This document shows, piece by piece, positions 6,411 to 15,500 of a stretch of 33,328 bases of DNA. The stretch is from positions 1-33,328 of IMG/VR virus record IMGVR_UViG_3300030376_002050; one strand, 5' to 3'. The notes under the pieces are model-generated. The model saw only the letters and a list, made by a program, of their open reading frames with translations. It was not told where the DNA came from and made no database searches. A program made the position numbers and the translations under genes. This DNA comes from a virus. Lineage: Duplodnaviria > Caudoviricetes. How positions within the stretch are numbered: the stretch's first letter is position 1; each line of letters opens with the position of its first letter.

Positions 6411-7223
6411 GTGATTAAATACCCAATTCATAAAGATGAACAAGGACGTTGGGTTCACACTTGGGTAAGGCAGTCATCTATAAAAACTGCAGATATGTGC
6501 ATGGAAAGATTTAAGCACTCTATCTTTGGAACTGTTAGCGAACCAAACAATGATGGCGCTGATCTAGGAACAGCTTGCCATTCAGTAGCTGAAGACGCAA
6601 TAAATCACATGCGTCAAGGTTTTGATATGAGTTTAAATGACTGCTACGAAGCGTTAGATTACTACTGGGAAATACTCGCAGAGAACGTAGACAACTGGTA
6701 TTCATACGGTGATGCGCTCAAAGCCCAAATGATGGGTCGCCAGAAGATAAAAAGCTGGTACGAAAATGTTCTACCAATGATCACAGACCCAATAGGGGTT
6801 GAAGTAGATTTCAACAAGGTCTTGATAGAGGACGACAAGCGTGTCGTATATCTCAGAGGCACTGTAGATTTAGTAGAACCGCACATGCTGTGGGATTGGA
6901 AGTTCCCTAAGGCTGACTATACGAGAGATCGTTGGCAGTACGATAGGTGGGATGTCCAGTCAATTGCCTACACATGGGCGTTAGGCATTCCCAACTTTAG
7001 GTTTGGCGTAATGCACAATAAAGGTTGGGGAACAATGGAATTTACACGTAGCGAATCAGATTATGATTGGCTACGCAACAAAGTCGCTAGCATCTGCGAA
7101 TACGTTGAAAACGCCACATCAGGAGCTTGGCTCTTGGGCGACAACGGTTGGTGGTGTAGTGAAAAATGGTGTCCAGCTTGGACACAGTGTAAGGGTAAGA
7201 AAAACCCAGAAAGCGAGGAATAA
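6411..7223 (+). CDS. Cas4/RecB-like PD-(D/E)XK exonuclease with probable Fe-S cysteines
   Basis: N-terminal Cys (DMC), GTACH, E...RGTVDLV...WDWK, Q-x-x-x-Y, C-terminal C-x4-C-x5-C. Confidence 0.85.
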   Translation: MIKYPIHKDEQGRWVHTWVRQSSIKTADMCMERFKHSIFGTVSEPNNDGADLGTACHSVAEDAINHMRQGFDMSLNDCYEALDYYWEILAENVDNWYSYGDALKAQMMGRQKIKSWYENVLPMITDPIGVEVDFNKVLIEDDKRVVYLRGTVDLVEPHMLWDWKFPKADYTRDRWQYDRWDVQSIAYTWALGIPNFRFGVMHNKGWGTMEFTRSESDYDWLRNKVASICEYVENATSGAWLLGDNGWWCSEKWCPAWTQCKGKKNPESEE

Positions 7224-7224
7224 C

Positions 7225-7926
7225 GTGGGATACTCCATGACTCCTTATGAGAGGGCTTCAATAGAAGCCCAAGTCTGCATAAAAGCAGGCGTAGAAATGG
7301 CTGTTGCTGAAATCAGCAACGGTGGTACAGGTGGTGTGTCACTTGCTTTGGCAAATGCACTAGCACTTGCCGAATCACTGACAGACTTGAAAGACGTCAT
7401 AGTCGGTGATAATGCAACTGCACCCAGCTCTGTACCGATGGCTACAGAAGCAGATATTAAAAATGCGTTTCCCAGTGCGGTAGCGCAGACAACTCCTTCT
7501 GGACAGACATCACAATACATAGCCGATGAGGATTACTCAGCGGTACACAAACTATTCATGCACGAACAAGCTAACGGAATCACTTATGGTTCCCAAGAGT
7601 CTGCGTTTATGGATAATCAAGCTGTCAGGAAGCTCTATGCAAATGGCGCACGTCAGTTCCCACCAGATTACTGGGCAGAAGTGATGCGTGGCAAAGAGAT
7701 CCCTGTCACAAAGAAAGGCAAATGTGCCCTTGGAGATTTTAAAATCAAAAAGGGTGTCAGTGTTAGCGCCGAAGGCACTCCCAGTTTGGGGACTGGAGAG
7801 GGCAACCACCCACTAGCCAATAAATCAGGCTACTTTGGTGGATTGGTGAACAACACACCTTTCAATTGGTCAGACCGTCCTGCACCTATCGACCCACAGG
7901 GTTGGCTAGCAGGCATAAGTGGCTAA
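7225..7926 (+). CDS. hypothetical protein in replication module (position suggests an SSB or recombination partner)
   Basis: GAGGA then GTG 7225; lies between exonuclease and helicase; no recognised motif. Confidence 0.65.
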   Translation: MGYSMTPYERASIEAQVCIKAGVEMAVAEISNGGTGGVSLALANALALAESLTDLKDVIVGDNATAPSSVPMATEADIKNAFPSAVAQTTPSGQTSQYIADEDYSAVHKLFMHEQANGITYGSQESAFMDNQAVRKLYANGARQFPPDYWAEVMRGKEIPVTKKGKCALGDFKIKKGVSVSAEGTPSLGTGEGNHPLANKSGYFGGLVNNTPFNWSDRPAPIDPQGWLAGISG

Positions 7927-8908
7927 TAAGCGTCTCACTATGACAGACGCAATGGACTTGTTGGGGCAGCAGGCAACTGTTGCCCCAACAGTCGTTCCAA
8001 AGGCAAATGGTGTCACAGACATAGACCTAAAGCGATTATTTACACCTAAGACAGAGCAGATGAAACGTATGCGCTCTGATCTTCGTGCAGGCGGAGAGTG
8101 GCGCTTTGGTATTGATGCTTTTGACACCGCAACTTTGGGAGGCGCAAGAGCAGGCCAGCTAGTAACGCTGATCGGCAAAACGCATACAGGTAAGACTATG
8201 GTGGCCATGAATATGGTCGCCAAGAACAGGAACCACAGGACTCTTTGGGTAAGCCCAGATGAGACTGAGACAATGTTCTGGGGTCGCTACTCAGCTATGA
8301 AATTACAAGTCAGCCAATCTGACTGGCTTGGTAGGCTGATGCGTCAAGATGAGCAAGCTTGGGAGCGTACTTCGCAAATAGTGCAAGACGAAAAGAACCT
8401 ACACTTTGAGTCTACAGGAATGTCTGTAGATGATTTAGATAAAGCGCTGAGGATAGCGTCAACAGAACTATGGGACGGTGAACGTCCACATGTTCTGGTA
8501 TATGACTATCTAGAGTTAATCAGGGGAGGCACTGGCGATGCACAAAGCGTGCAAGCCAAGATTGAATCCTTTAAACAACTCGTAAGCGACTGGCGGATAA
8601 TAGGAGTTATGCTTCATCAGTCAGGTAGAGGTTCTGGTACTCGTGGAACTGCTGGAGGCATAGACTCAGGTCGTTACGGCTCAACGTCAGAAAGCCACTT
8701 CGTGATTGAAACATGGCGTAGGTGGGATGACACAAGCTTAGACGAAGAGACTCGCTCTTGGTACCAAAACGAAATAAGCGTAGGCTTATGGAAAAACAAA
8801 GCTGGCGAAGGCACAAAAGCCGAAGCCAACCTGACAATAGACCCAAGTGGACGATTGCTTGAGGCAGGTGTTACTTGGGAGCAAAGGGAGTTGGAAATAG
8901 ATGTCTGA
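7919..8908 (+). CDS. DnaB-like / RecA-fold replicative helicase
   Basis: Walker A GKTHTGKT, Walker B VLVYDYLELI, LHQ motif, C-terminal KNK. Confidence 0.85.
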   Translation: MANKRLTMTDAMDLLGQQATVAPTVVPKANGVTDIDLKRLFTPKTEQMKRMRSDLRAGGEWRFGIDAFDTATLGGARAGQLVTLIGKTHTGKTMVAMNMVAKNRNHRTLWVSPDETETMFWGRYSAMKLQVSQSDWLGRLMRQDEQAWERTSQIVQDEKNLHFESTGMSVDDLDKALRIASTELWDGERPHVLVYDYLELIRGGTGDAQSVQAKIESFKQLVSDWRIIGVMLHQSGRGSGTRGTAGGIDSGRYGSTSESHFVIETWRRWDDTSLDEETRSWYQNEISVGLWKNKAGEGTKAEANLTIDPSGRLLEAGVTWEQRELEIDV

Positions 8909-9920
8909 CATTACACAAGACTTCATAAATCTATTTAAAGGCTTCCCTAACGCTTTCGGCACTAACGAAGGCGGATGTAAATGGGAAAAACCAAACTGGG
9001 AAGAGCACCTATTCGGGACTCGTGAAGATGAGATGATAGGTATTTACCCAATGGTTTACGATCCACACTGCAAACTAGACATGCAAGGTCCAGAGGCTTA
9101 CGACTCTGAACGCAAATACACAGAGATGCAACCAGATATGTGGCATTGCATTTGGGGTGCTATAGACATAGACGAAGGCGACGACTCACTAGACTACGCT
9201 TTTAATGCCCAGACAATACTCAGAGCATTAGACATACCTAGTTGGGTTGAGCTTTCACGTTCCAAAGGATGCCATGTGTGGGTATTTTGCGAGGAATGGG
9301 TTACTGCCAAATTAATACGTAAAGTATTAAAAGGTGTAATGCAACTAGGCGACATACCTTATGACGCCGTGTATCCAAAGCAAGATTCACTTGACGGACC
9401 AGTAGGTAACTACATGAGATTGCCCTACGGTTGTTTGCGACCTGAAGGTAGACAGATGATGATTAATCACACAGGGGAAGCCTACGATATTAACTCATTT
9501 GTCTTTACGGCAACTGACCGTAAAGCAAGCAAGGTAGCGTTAGAAGCAGGTTCACACCTATATAAAGAACCCAAAGCTGATCTACCCCCACCACGTGAAT
9601 ACTCCAAAGAGCCATTAATGACAATGGACGGATCTAAATTGCGTGGAGCAGCCCGAAAAATGTATGATGACGGACCAGTTGAATACTTCCTCACAGGACA
9701 AGGCGCAGGTCGTGGACGGCATGGCTTCTTGCATAGATTTGCAAGGGCCATGTGGGAGTCAAATTACGCTATTTCTGATATAGTTTCATGGACCGCAGAC
9801 CTAGACTCTCGTCTTGGACTATGGTATCCAGAAGGACCAAAATTTTCAGGGAGGCGTGATGGGCAAAAGCAAATCCAAAGAATCGTTGAAGACGCAAAAA
9901 GCAGAGCAACGATCCGTTGA
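8901..9920 (+). CDS. archaeo-eukaryotic primase (AEP) superfamily primase/primpol
   Basis: motif I WGAIDID, motif II SRSKGCHVWVF, YPKQ...GNYMRLPY; follows helicase. Confidence 0.85.
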   Translation: MSDITQDFINLFKGFPNAFGTNEGGCKWEKPNWEEHLFGTREDEMIGIYPMVYDPHCKLDMQGPEAYDSERKYTEMQPDMWHCIWGAIDIDEGDDSLDYAFNAQTILRALDIPSWVELSRSKGCHVWVFCEEWVTAKLIRKVLKGVMQLGDIPYDAVYPKQDSLDGPVGNYMRLPYGCLRPEGRQMMINHTGEAYDINSFVFTATDRKASKVALEAGSHLYKEPKADLPPPREYSKEPLMTMDGSKLRGAARKMYDDGPVEYFLTGQGAGRGRHGFLHRFARAMWESNYAISDIVSWTADLDSRLGLWYPEGPKFSGRRDGQKQIQRIVEDAKSRATIR

Positions 9921-10251
9921 GTTCACTGTAGAGGGACGACCCAGACCAAAGGGTCGCCCTCGCATGACTCGGCGAGGTAAAGTATATACACCAATAGAGA
10001 CTATTAAAGCTGAAGAACTATACGAAGACGCAGTTGACAAAAGATGGAAATCTTTTGAAGGTCCAGTAAGCGTGACAATTACTTTTTCTAATGAAAGTAC
10101 ATACGTAAAGATTACAGAAGAAGAGGGTTGGACTTCTCCTTTGCGTGGCGATTTAGACAATTACATCAAGCTTGCACTTGATGGAATCCAACGATCAGGT
10201 TTAATCGCTAACGATAGGCAAGTGGTAAAAATAGACGCAATAAAGGTATAA
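9859..10251 (+). CDS. rusA: RusA-family Holliday junction resolvase
   Basis: GRPRPKGRPR, DLDNYIKLALDGI, NDRQV; GGGAGG at 9849-9854. Confidence 0.9.
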   Translation: MGKSKSKESLKTQKAEQRSVEFTVEGRPRPKGRPRMTRRGKVYTPIETIKAEELYEDAVDKRWKSFEGPVSVTITFSNESTYVKITEEEGWTSPLRGDLDNYIKLALDGIQRSGLIANDRQVVKIDAIKV

Positions 10252-10252
10252 C

Positions 10253-10693
10253 ATGGAACAATTCAAAGACAGAGCTTTTGAACACAGATTTAAACTAATG
10301 GGTGATTTAGCTGAACAAGCTTTTGAAACTTCTTGGAAAAAGGGGTTCGTTAGATATGGGTTAAACCGTCCGCCATTAAAAATGTCGTCTTTACCTTTAG
10401 AGATAAGGCACACACCAGATTATTTAACTTCCTCGCATTTAGTGGAAGTTCAAGGTATAGGCAAAGATCAGAAACTCAAGTTAAAACTTGATAAATGGAA
10501 AGCTTTAGATTGGTGGAACATGGTTCACCCCCTGCTCTTCTTTATCTACGACTCTTTTAACGACAGGGTAACAATGCTTGAATGGGAAACATTAACGAAT
10601 TTATGCAAAGATGCAGAAATAGAGACATTTAAAGAGGGAAAAAAGTACTATGCGGTCCCTGCTACCCTAATATGGGTAAATGGGGAAACGTGA
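10253..10693 (+). CDS. putative PD-(D/E)XK-fold nuclease
   Basis: GDLAE...TPDY...LVEVQG pattern. Confidence 0.5.
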   Translation: MEQFKDRAFEHRFKLMGDLAEQAFETSWKKGFVRYGLNRPPLKMSSLPLEIRHTPDYLTSSHLVEVQGIGKDQKLKLKLDKWKALDWWNMVHPLLFFIYDSFNDRVTMLEWETLTNLCKDAEIETFKEGKKYYAVPATLIWVNGET

Positions 10694-11054
10694 CTTCATA
10701 CTTGATCCAATAGAAGCATCTTGGATATTTGATAAAGCATACAGCAAACAAAGGCACAAAATAGCAACAGCTATGGAAGCGCTAATGTTAGCGGAACCTT
10801 ATAGAGAACCAGACATATCTTTAGAGGAACAACACGAATTGCGAGAAGTGCTTGTGGGTGCGCTAGATGTTTTGGAACCCATAGAACTATGGATTATTAA
10901 CGCTTTGCTTTTTGAAAAGCTGAGCTTAAGAGAGGTCCAACACATACTTGGAATTCCCAAAACAACTTTGGCACGCAAAAGAGATAAGATTTTTGCAAAA
11001 CTCAAAGAAGAACTTAAAAACAACACAAAAATACAGGAGTATTTAAATGGATAA
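10680..11054 (+). CDS. sigma-70 region-4-like HTH protein
   Basis: ALDVLEP...LSLREVQHILGIPKTTLARKRDKIFAKLK. Confidence 0.75.
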   Translation: MGKRDFILDPIEASWIFDKAYSKQRHKIATAMEALMLAEPYREPDISLEEQHELREVLVGALDVLEPIELWIINALLFEKLSLREVQHILGIPKTTLARKRDKIFAKLKEELKNNTKIQEYLNG

Positions 11055-11607
11055 CCCCCCAAACATAACGCCTACCTACTGGGAAGACTCAGCGGATTTG
11101 ATGGCATTCAGAATAGATGACGCCAGAGATAGAGGTTTAGAACATCCAGATATTAAAGACGGATTTTTTGGATTGTTAAAAGCAATCCGAGAAGAATTTG
11201 ACATGTTCTGCATGAAAGTCTGGGGCGTCCCCGAAGATGACCTAGACGGAACAGTAATAGCCAATTGGTTCACAGCGTTTGCAACACTAGTTTTAGATGC
11301 AGGAGATCAGAACGAAGAGATTGATATACCCAACGCAGCAGCTTTGCTACCGTTATTAATTGCCAAACAACATGATTACGGACACATGAACATTCAACGT
11401 TTCGGAGTTGAGGGTATCCTCGTAAGGATGCACGACAAAATAGCACGCTTAGAAAATCTAAGCATGCGTTCTTATGACATGGAAGATGGCGCATTGTGCG
11501 AAGCAACCGAAGACACAATAGCTGATCTAGTAGGTTACTGTGTAATTGCGTCCATGTATTCCTTCGGAATATGGATGCTACCTATGCAATTAGATGATTT
11601 AGATTAA
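11047..11607 (+). CDS. nucleotide-modification-associated domain 1 (Nmad1/DUF1599-like) protein
   Basis: KQHDYG-x2-NI-x2-FG-x2-GILVRMHDKIARLENL...EDTIADLVGY. Confidence 0.75.
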   Translation: MDNPPNITPTYWEDSADLMAFRIDDARDRGLEHPDIKDGFFGLLKAIREEFDMFCMKVWGVPEDDLDGTVIANWFTAFATLVLDAGDQNEEIDIPNAAALLPLLIAKQHDYGHMNIQRFGVEGILVRMHDKIARLENLSMRSYDMEDGALCEATEDTIADLVGYCVIASMYSFGIWMLPMQLDDLD

Positions 11608-11771
11608 AAATCTTTAGTTAAAGCTTTAGCTACAGGATTCTTAAAAAGGCAACCACCGATAAATGCAATAGCAGCGTCTCCACCGATTGTTCCCACTGAT
11701 GCAAGAACAACAACGGCAATAACGCCAACTATTGTAAGTAATTCACCTTTTAATTCTTTTACACTGTCCAC
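11604..11771 (-). CDS. putative holin, 55 aa (absent from ORF track)
   Basis: GGAG then GTG 11771 (alternative ATG 11783); MDSVKELKGELLTIVGVIAVVVLASVGTIGGDAAIAFIGGCLFKNPVAKALTKDF; hydrophobic; directly after endolysin. Confidence 0.7.
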   Translation of the reverse strand: MDSVKELKGELLTIVGVIAVVVLASVGTIGGDAAIAFIGGCLFKNPVAKALTKDF

Positions 11772-12502
11772 AAATATCTCCATGTCACTGGTCCTATTAC
11801 CCCATCATTGTAGATAGGGTGTTGTTTCTGAAAGCGTAGCACAGCTTTACGTGTGTTCCTACCAAAAACTCCATCTACAACAAGTTTCACTGGCAAACGC
11901 ACATTAAGTTGCTGTTGCGCCATTTGCACGTATTTGCCCTTAGAGCCACGCTTTAAAGGTTTACGTTGCAACTCAACACCAATATCCAACAAATAACGGC
12001 GTATCCCACTAAAATCAATAGTCGTAGGATTAGTTACAACATCAGGCATTCCTGCCTTAACCCACTCAGCTAATTTGTCAGCAGGACAATATGTAGCTGC
12101 ATAATCACGATGACATTTTATCCAAATTTGTTCCCCATACTTTTCACGCACGCCTTCAACAGCCTTAATAAAACCGTCCTTAGCTTCATCAGTTATTTCA
12201 TCCCCAGAGCCAATGTAAGCGATAGAAATGCTTCTCCAATTCCATCCCCTAGTAGCTGCACCTTGGTGCCAGCCACGACCTTCAAAGATCTCCCCATTCT
12301 CTCCGACTAAAAAATTGTACCCAATTGATCTCCACCCTAAGGTTTTAGTGTGGTATCTATCGTGATTCTTTATGCGCTCGGAAGGCATCGTTGAAGCACC
12401 AGTAGTGTGGTGCACAATAACGCCGACAGGTGGCACACGAAACGGATAAAGTCGCTTCCCTGAATCAATCGCTCCCCATTCTTTACGAGTCGTATACTTC
12501 AT
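11759..12502 (-). CDS. endolysin: Amidase_2/PGRP-like amidase plus C-terminal peptidoglycan-binding domain
   Basis: IVHHT, SIGYNFLV...EGRGW, HRD-x3-T-x-CP; LKRGSKG...VDGVFGRNT...FQ...DGVIGPVTW. Confidence 0.92.
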   Translation of the reverse strand: MKYTTRKEWGAIDSGKRLYPFRVPPVGVIVHHTTGASTMPSERIKNHDRYHTKTLGWRSIGYNFLVGENGEIFEGRGWHQGAATRGWNWRSISIAYIGSGDEITDEAKDGFIKAVEGVREKYGEQIWIKCHRDYAATYCPADKLAEWVKAGMPDVVTNPTTIDFSGIRRYLLDIGVELQRKPLKRGSKGKYVQMAQQQLNVRLPVKLVVDGVFGRNTRKAVLRFQKQHPIYNDGVIGPVTWRYLWTV

Positions 12503-12505
12503 ACC

Positions 12506-12523
12506 TAATGTCCTTTTCGTCCC
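12506..12523 (-). promoter_or_regulatory. candidate late promoter GGGAC-N7-ACATTA
   Basis: identical motif and spacing at 25435-25452. Confidence 0.4.
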
Positions 12524-15500
12524 TACTCGTTTAATGACCTAATCGCCTCATCTATTCTAGACTGAGTGTTAAGGTCATATTTCTCTTGCCTATCATCATA
12601 GTACTCAGATGTGATTTCTTGTTGGACCTCGTATTTTGTAAGAACCCTTGTACCTATTCCAGCAAAGTAACTCATAATATTAGAGAAATGCCTCTCTGAG
12701 TATTTCTCCTCAGTTGGAGCTACTCTCCTGAGGTCATTAATTAATGGAAACATCTGTGTAATTCCATGCAACCAATTACTTCTAGCAACCAAATTCCCAT
12801 CAGGGGTTTTTTGTACCGAATCAGTCATGCCTGAAGTATGGATAATTTCAAAAAGGGGCTTCGCCCAAAATGGAACTTCTTCCCATTTGTTCTGGAAACT
12901 ATAGCCTTTCCAAATGTTCCTATTAAGCCAAATCTCTGCTGGTCCCTTGACCAAAGGAGTGACCATTCCACCCATCCCAGAAAACGCAGATTCAAATCCG
13001 CCTACAACATCTCCTTTTGTTGCTTTACCTAAAGGCTCACCCAACAAATCAAAAACAGATCTCATGGGCAAATCAGGAATAAAGTAAACAGGTCTGTCGT
13101 TGTAGTTCATTCCTTTGGGTAGTCTTATTCCGCCTTGGCGAACCATCCAATCAGGCACAGGACCGTACTCAGGTTGCTCTTTGTCATGCAAAGCTTGCAT
13201 GACTTGAGAATACCTGTGGAACTTTTGAGGTTGTTTAAAGTATTGACCTATCTGCAGGGGAACATTGTGCCTTGTAAATGTGTAGAAAGGAATTACCCTT
13301 TTAACGTTTCTTTCTGCTGGACTCAAATCAGAATAATCAAAATGATATTTTGTTATCTGATCCCAAGCATCGCCCAAAGTTCCACCCTTATTAATAGTGT
13401 CGTACCCTAAAGCGCCCCTTACATAATCCTCAACCCTTGAGTTAACTCTCCTAAAACCTTTCAAAGGAGCGAATTGCGAACTTATAGGAATTAAAGACCT
13501 AACATCTATGTCATGTTTTCCGACACGCACGCTAGTTCTAAATTTCTTTTTACCTATTTTAATAGTTCGTTTTTCAGAAGGAATAAATTCTTGTGCGTAA
13601 AAACCGCTACCTTCTTTCCCAATAACTCCTGTGTCGTACATTTGTTTAACAATGTTGATGTCTTTAGCGCTTGTAGCTTTACGAGCTTCAGCTACAGCTT
13701 TTTCAGCTTTTCTTAATTTCTTTGTATTGGTTGGATCAAACATGATTAAATCTGCATGTTGTTCAGACAACCGTAAATACTTGTACGCTGTAGAAAACGA
13801 CTTGTACGCACTTGGCGAAACGTTAGCCAAGTAGTTCATCCACACAGCGCCATAAAAGTTTCTAGCCAAAAACCCAGATTTCAAAATCATGTAACCTTTA
13901 GTGATGTTATGAACGTTGTCGTAATACTTCCCAAAAGCGCCGCTAGGCTTGCCCTGCTCCAACCCCATCTTTGTGTTGCCCATCATGGTTGTACGCAAAG
14001 ACTCAGAAGATTGAGCATTTAAGCCAATAGGTCTCCTAGATGCGTTGTTTTGATAACGCAAAGTTTCTTCAAGTCGCAATTTGGTTTTGTTGCCCATTTG
14101 ATCAGGTGCAGGAACCTCTATTTCATCAACCAAATACTTGACGTTGTTCAAGTCGCCTAAAAGTTCGTCAGCTTGTTCCATGTCTGCAATTCCTATTTGC
14201 TTTAAAGAACTAGCCAAGTCAATAATAGCATCGTAACTTTCTAAAGTTTGAGCTTGATCAGGGTCAAGGCCATTGATCAAAGCTTGAAGATTGTTACGAG
14301 CATCTTCGTATTGTAAAAGCCTAGACTGAATGTTTTCCATTATCTGGTGTTCAGCCAAAATTTGCTTTTCAACATCCCCAAGCTGTTTTATGATTCCGCT
14401 TTCTTCCAATTGATCATCAGGTAGCCATTGACGCAACTTGCGCAAATCATCAGATATCTCCGCTTTGTCTAAACTCAAATAGCCTATTCGGTGCTTTTCG
14501 CTTAGCGTCTTTAGTCTGTCTAAATAAGCTGCCTTTAAGTTGTTGTGATTGTATTTCAATTGACGCACTTCATTTTTGCGTTGGATTAAATCACGTAACA
14601 AAGTATCAAAGTTTTTGTAACCTAAAGCTTTTGCTTTAAAGTTCCTTAAGGCAACGTCTTCCCCATTTGTGAAAGGATCAGCCCAAGCAGTACGCACTTG
14701 CTCTTCGTAACGGCGAATCAAAGCTTCCCTGTTTGGGGCAACTTCAAGTATCGCATCATCAATCATTTTCTCCCTAGAAGGAAGTTTTTCAGGTTCAGCC
14801 TTTAGCGCATTTGCACGTATCCGTTGATCAACAGTTCGCTCAATAAGCTCCCTGTCAATCGTTACTGCTGCATCGTCAACAACATTAACATCCATAACAA
14901 ACGGCATCTTTATAGACATTTCGTCATGGTTGCCTGCTTGTCTCCCTTGGATGATTTGTTCTCTCGTCAAGTTACGAGAAGCAACTTCTGTCATTTCGCC
15001 ATCAGCAACTTCAGACAAATCTATCAATCCCATTTGAGCTTGTTTACTGTAAGCCCTGCGACCACCTGCAATTGTACGAGGTTGAGAGGTAGCTATATAG
15101 CCATCGCTAACAAGAGAGTTCTTATATTGCTTGACAACAAGGTCAAGCAATTCTTTATTCTTTCCAGTCTTATTAATACTTTGAGACAAATAACTAAACA
15201 ACCTGTTAGCGTAAACATAAGATTGCATTTTCGCCTTTAGGACTTCTTGCCTGTAAGAAGGGTTACTTGGATCTGTGACACGAATGTATTCTGCCAAGTC
15301 ATCCATAAACAATCGCAATCCTTGCGATTCTGTCAAACCATCCATAGCCATGTCTATTTGCCTGTACTTGTTATCCCTCCAAGAAACAAACTCAAACACC
15401 TCTTGAAAGGTTCCGCCTTCAGGCATCAAAGGAAGAATGTTGTTCCCAACAGGGGAACCAATAATTGCCTGTGTCTTAGCCACTGCACTAATAGCTTTAA

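Noticed and set aside
967-9858. Long N-terminal extensions of track ORFs starting at 967, 1545, 2419, 4997, 7063 and 9814
   Set aside because: They overlap upstream genes or hairpins. Downstream starts have clear RBSs or start-stop overlaps.
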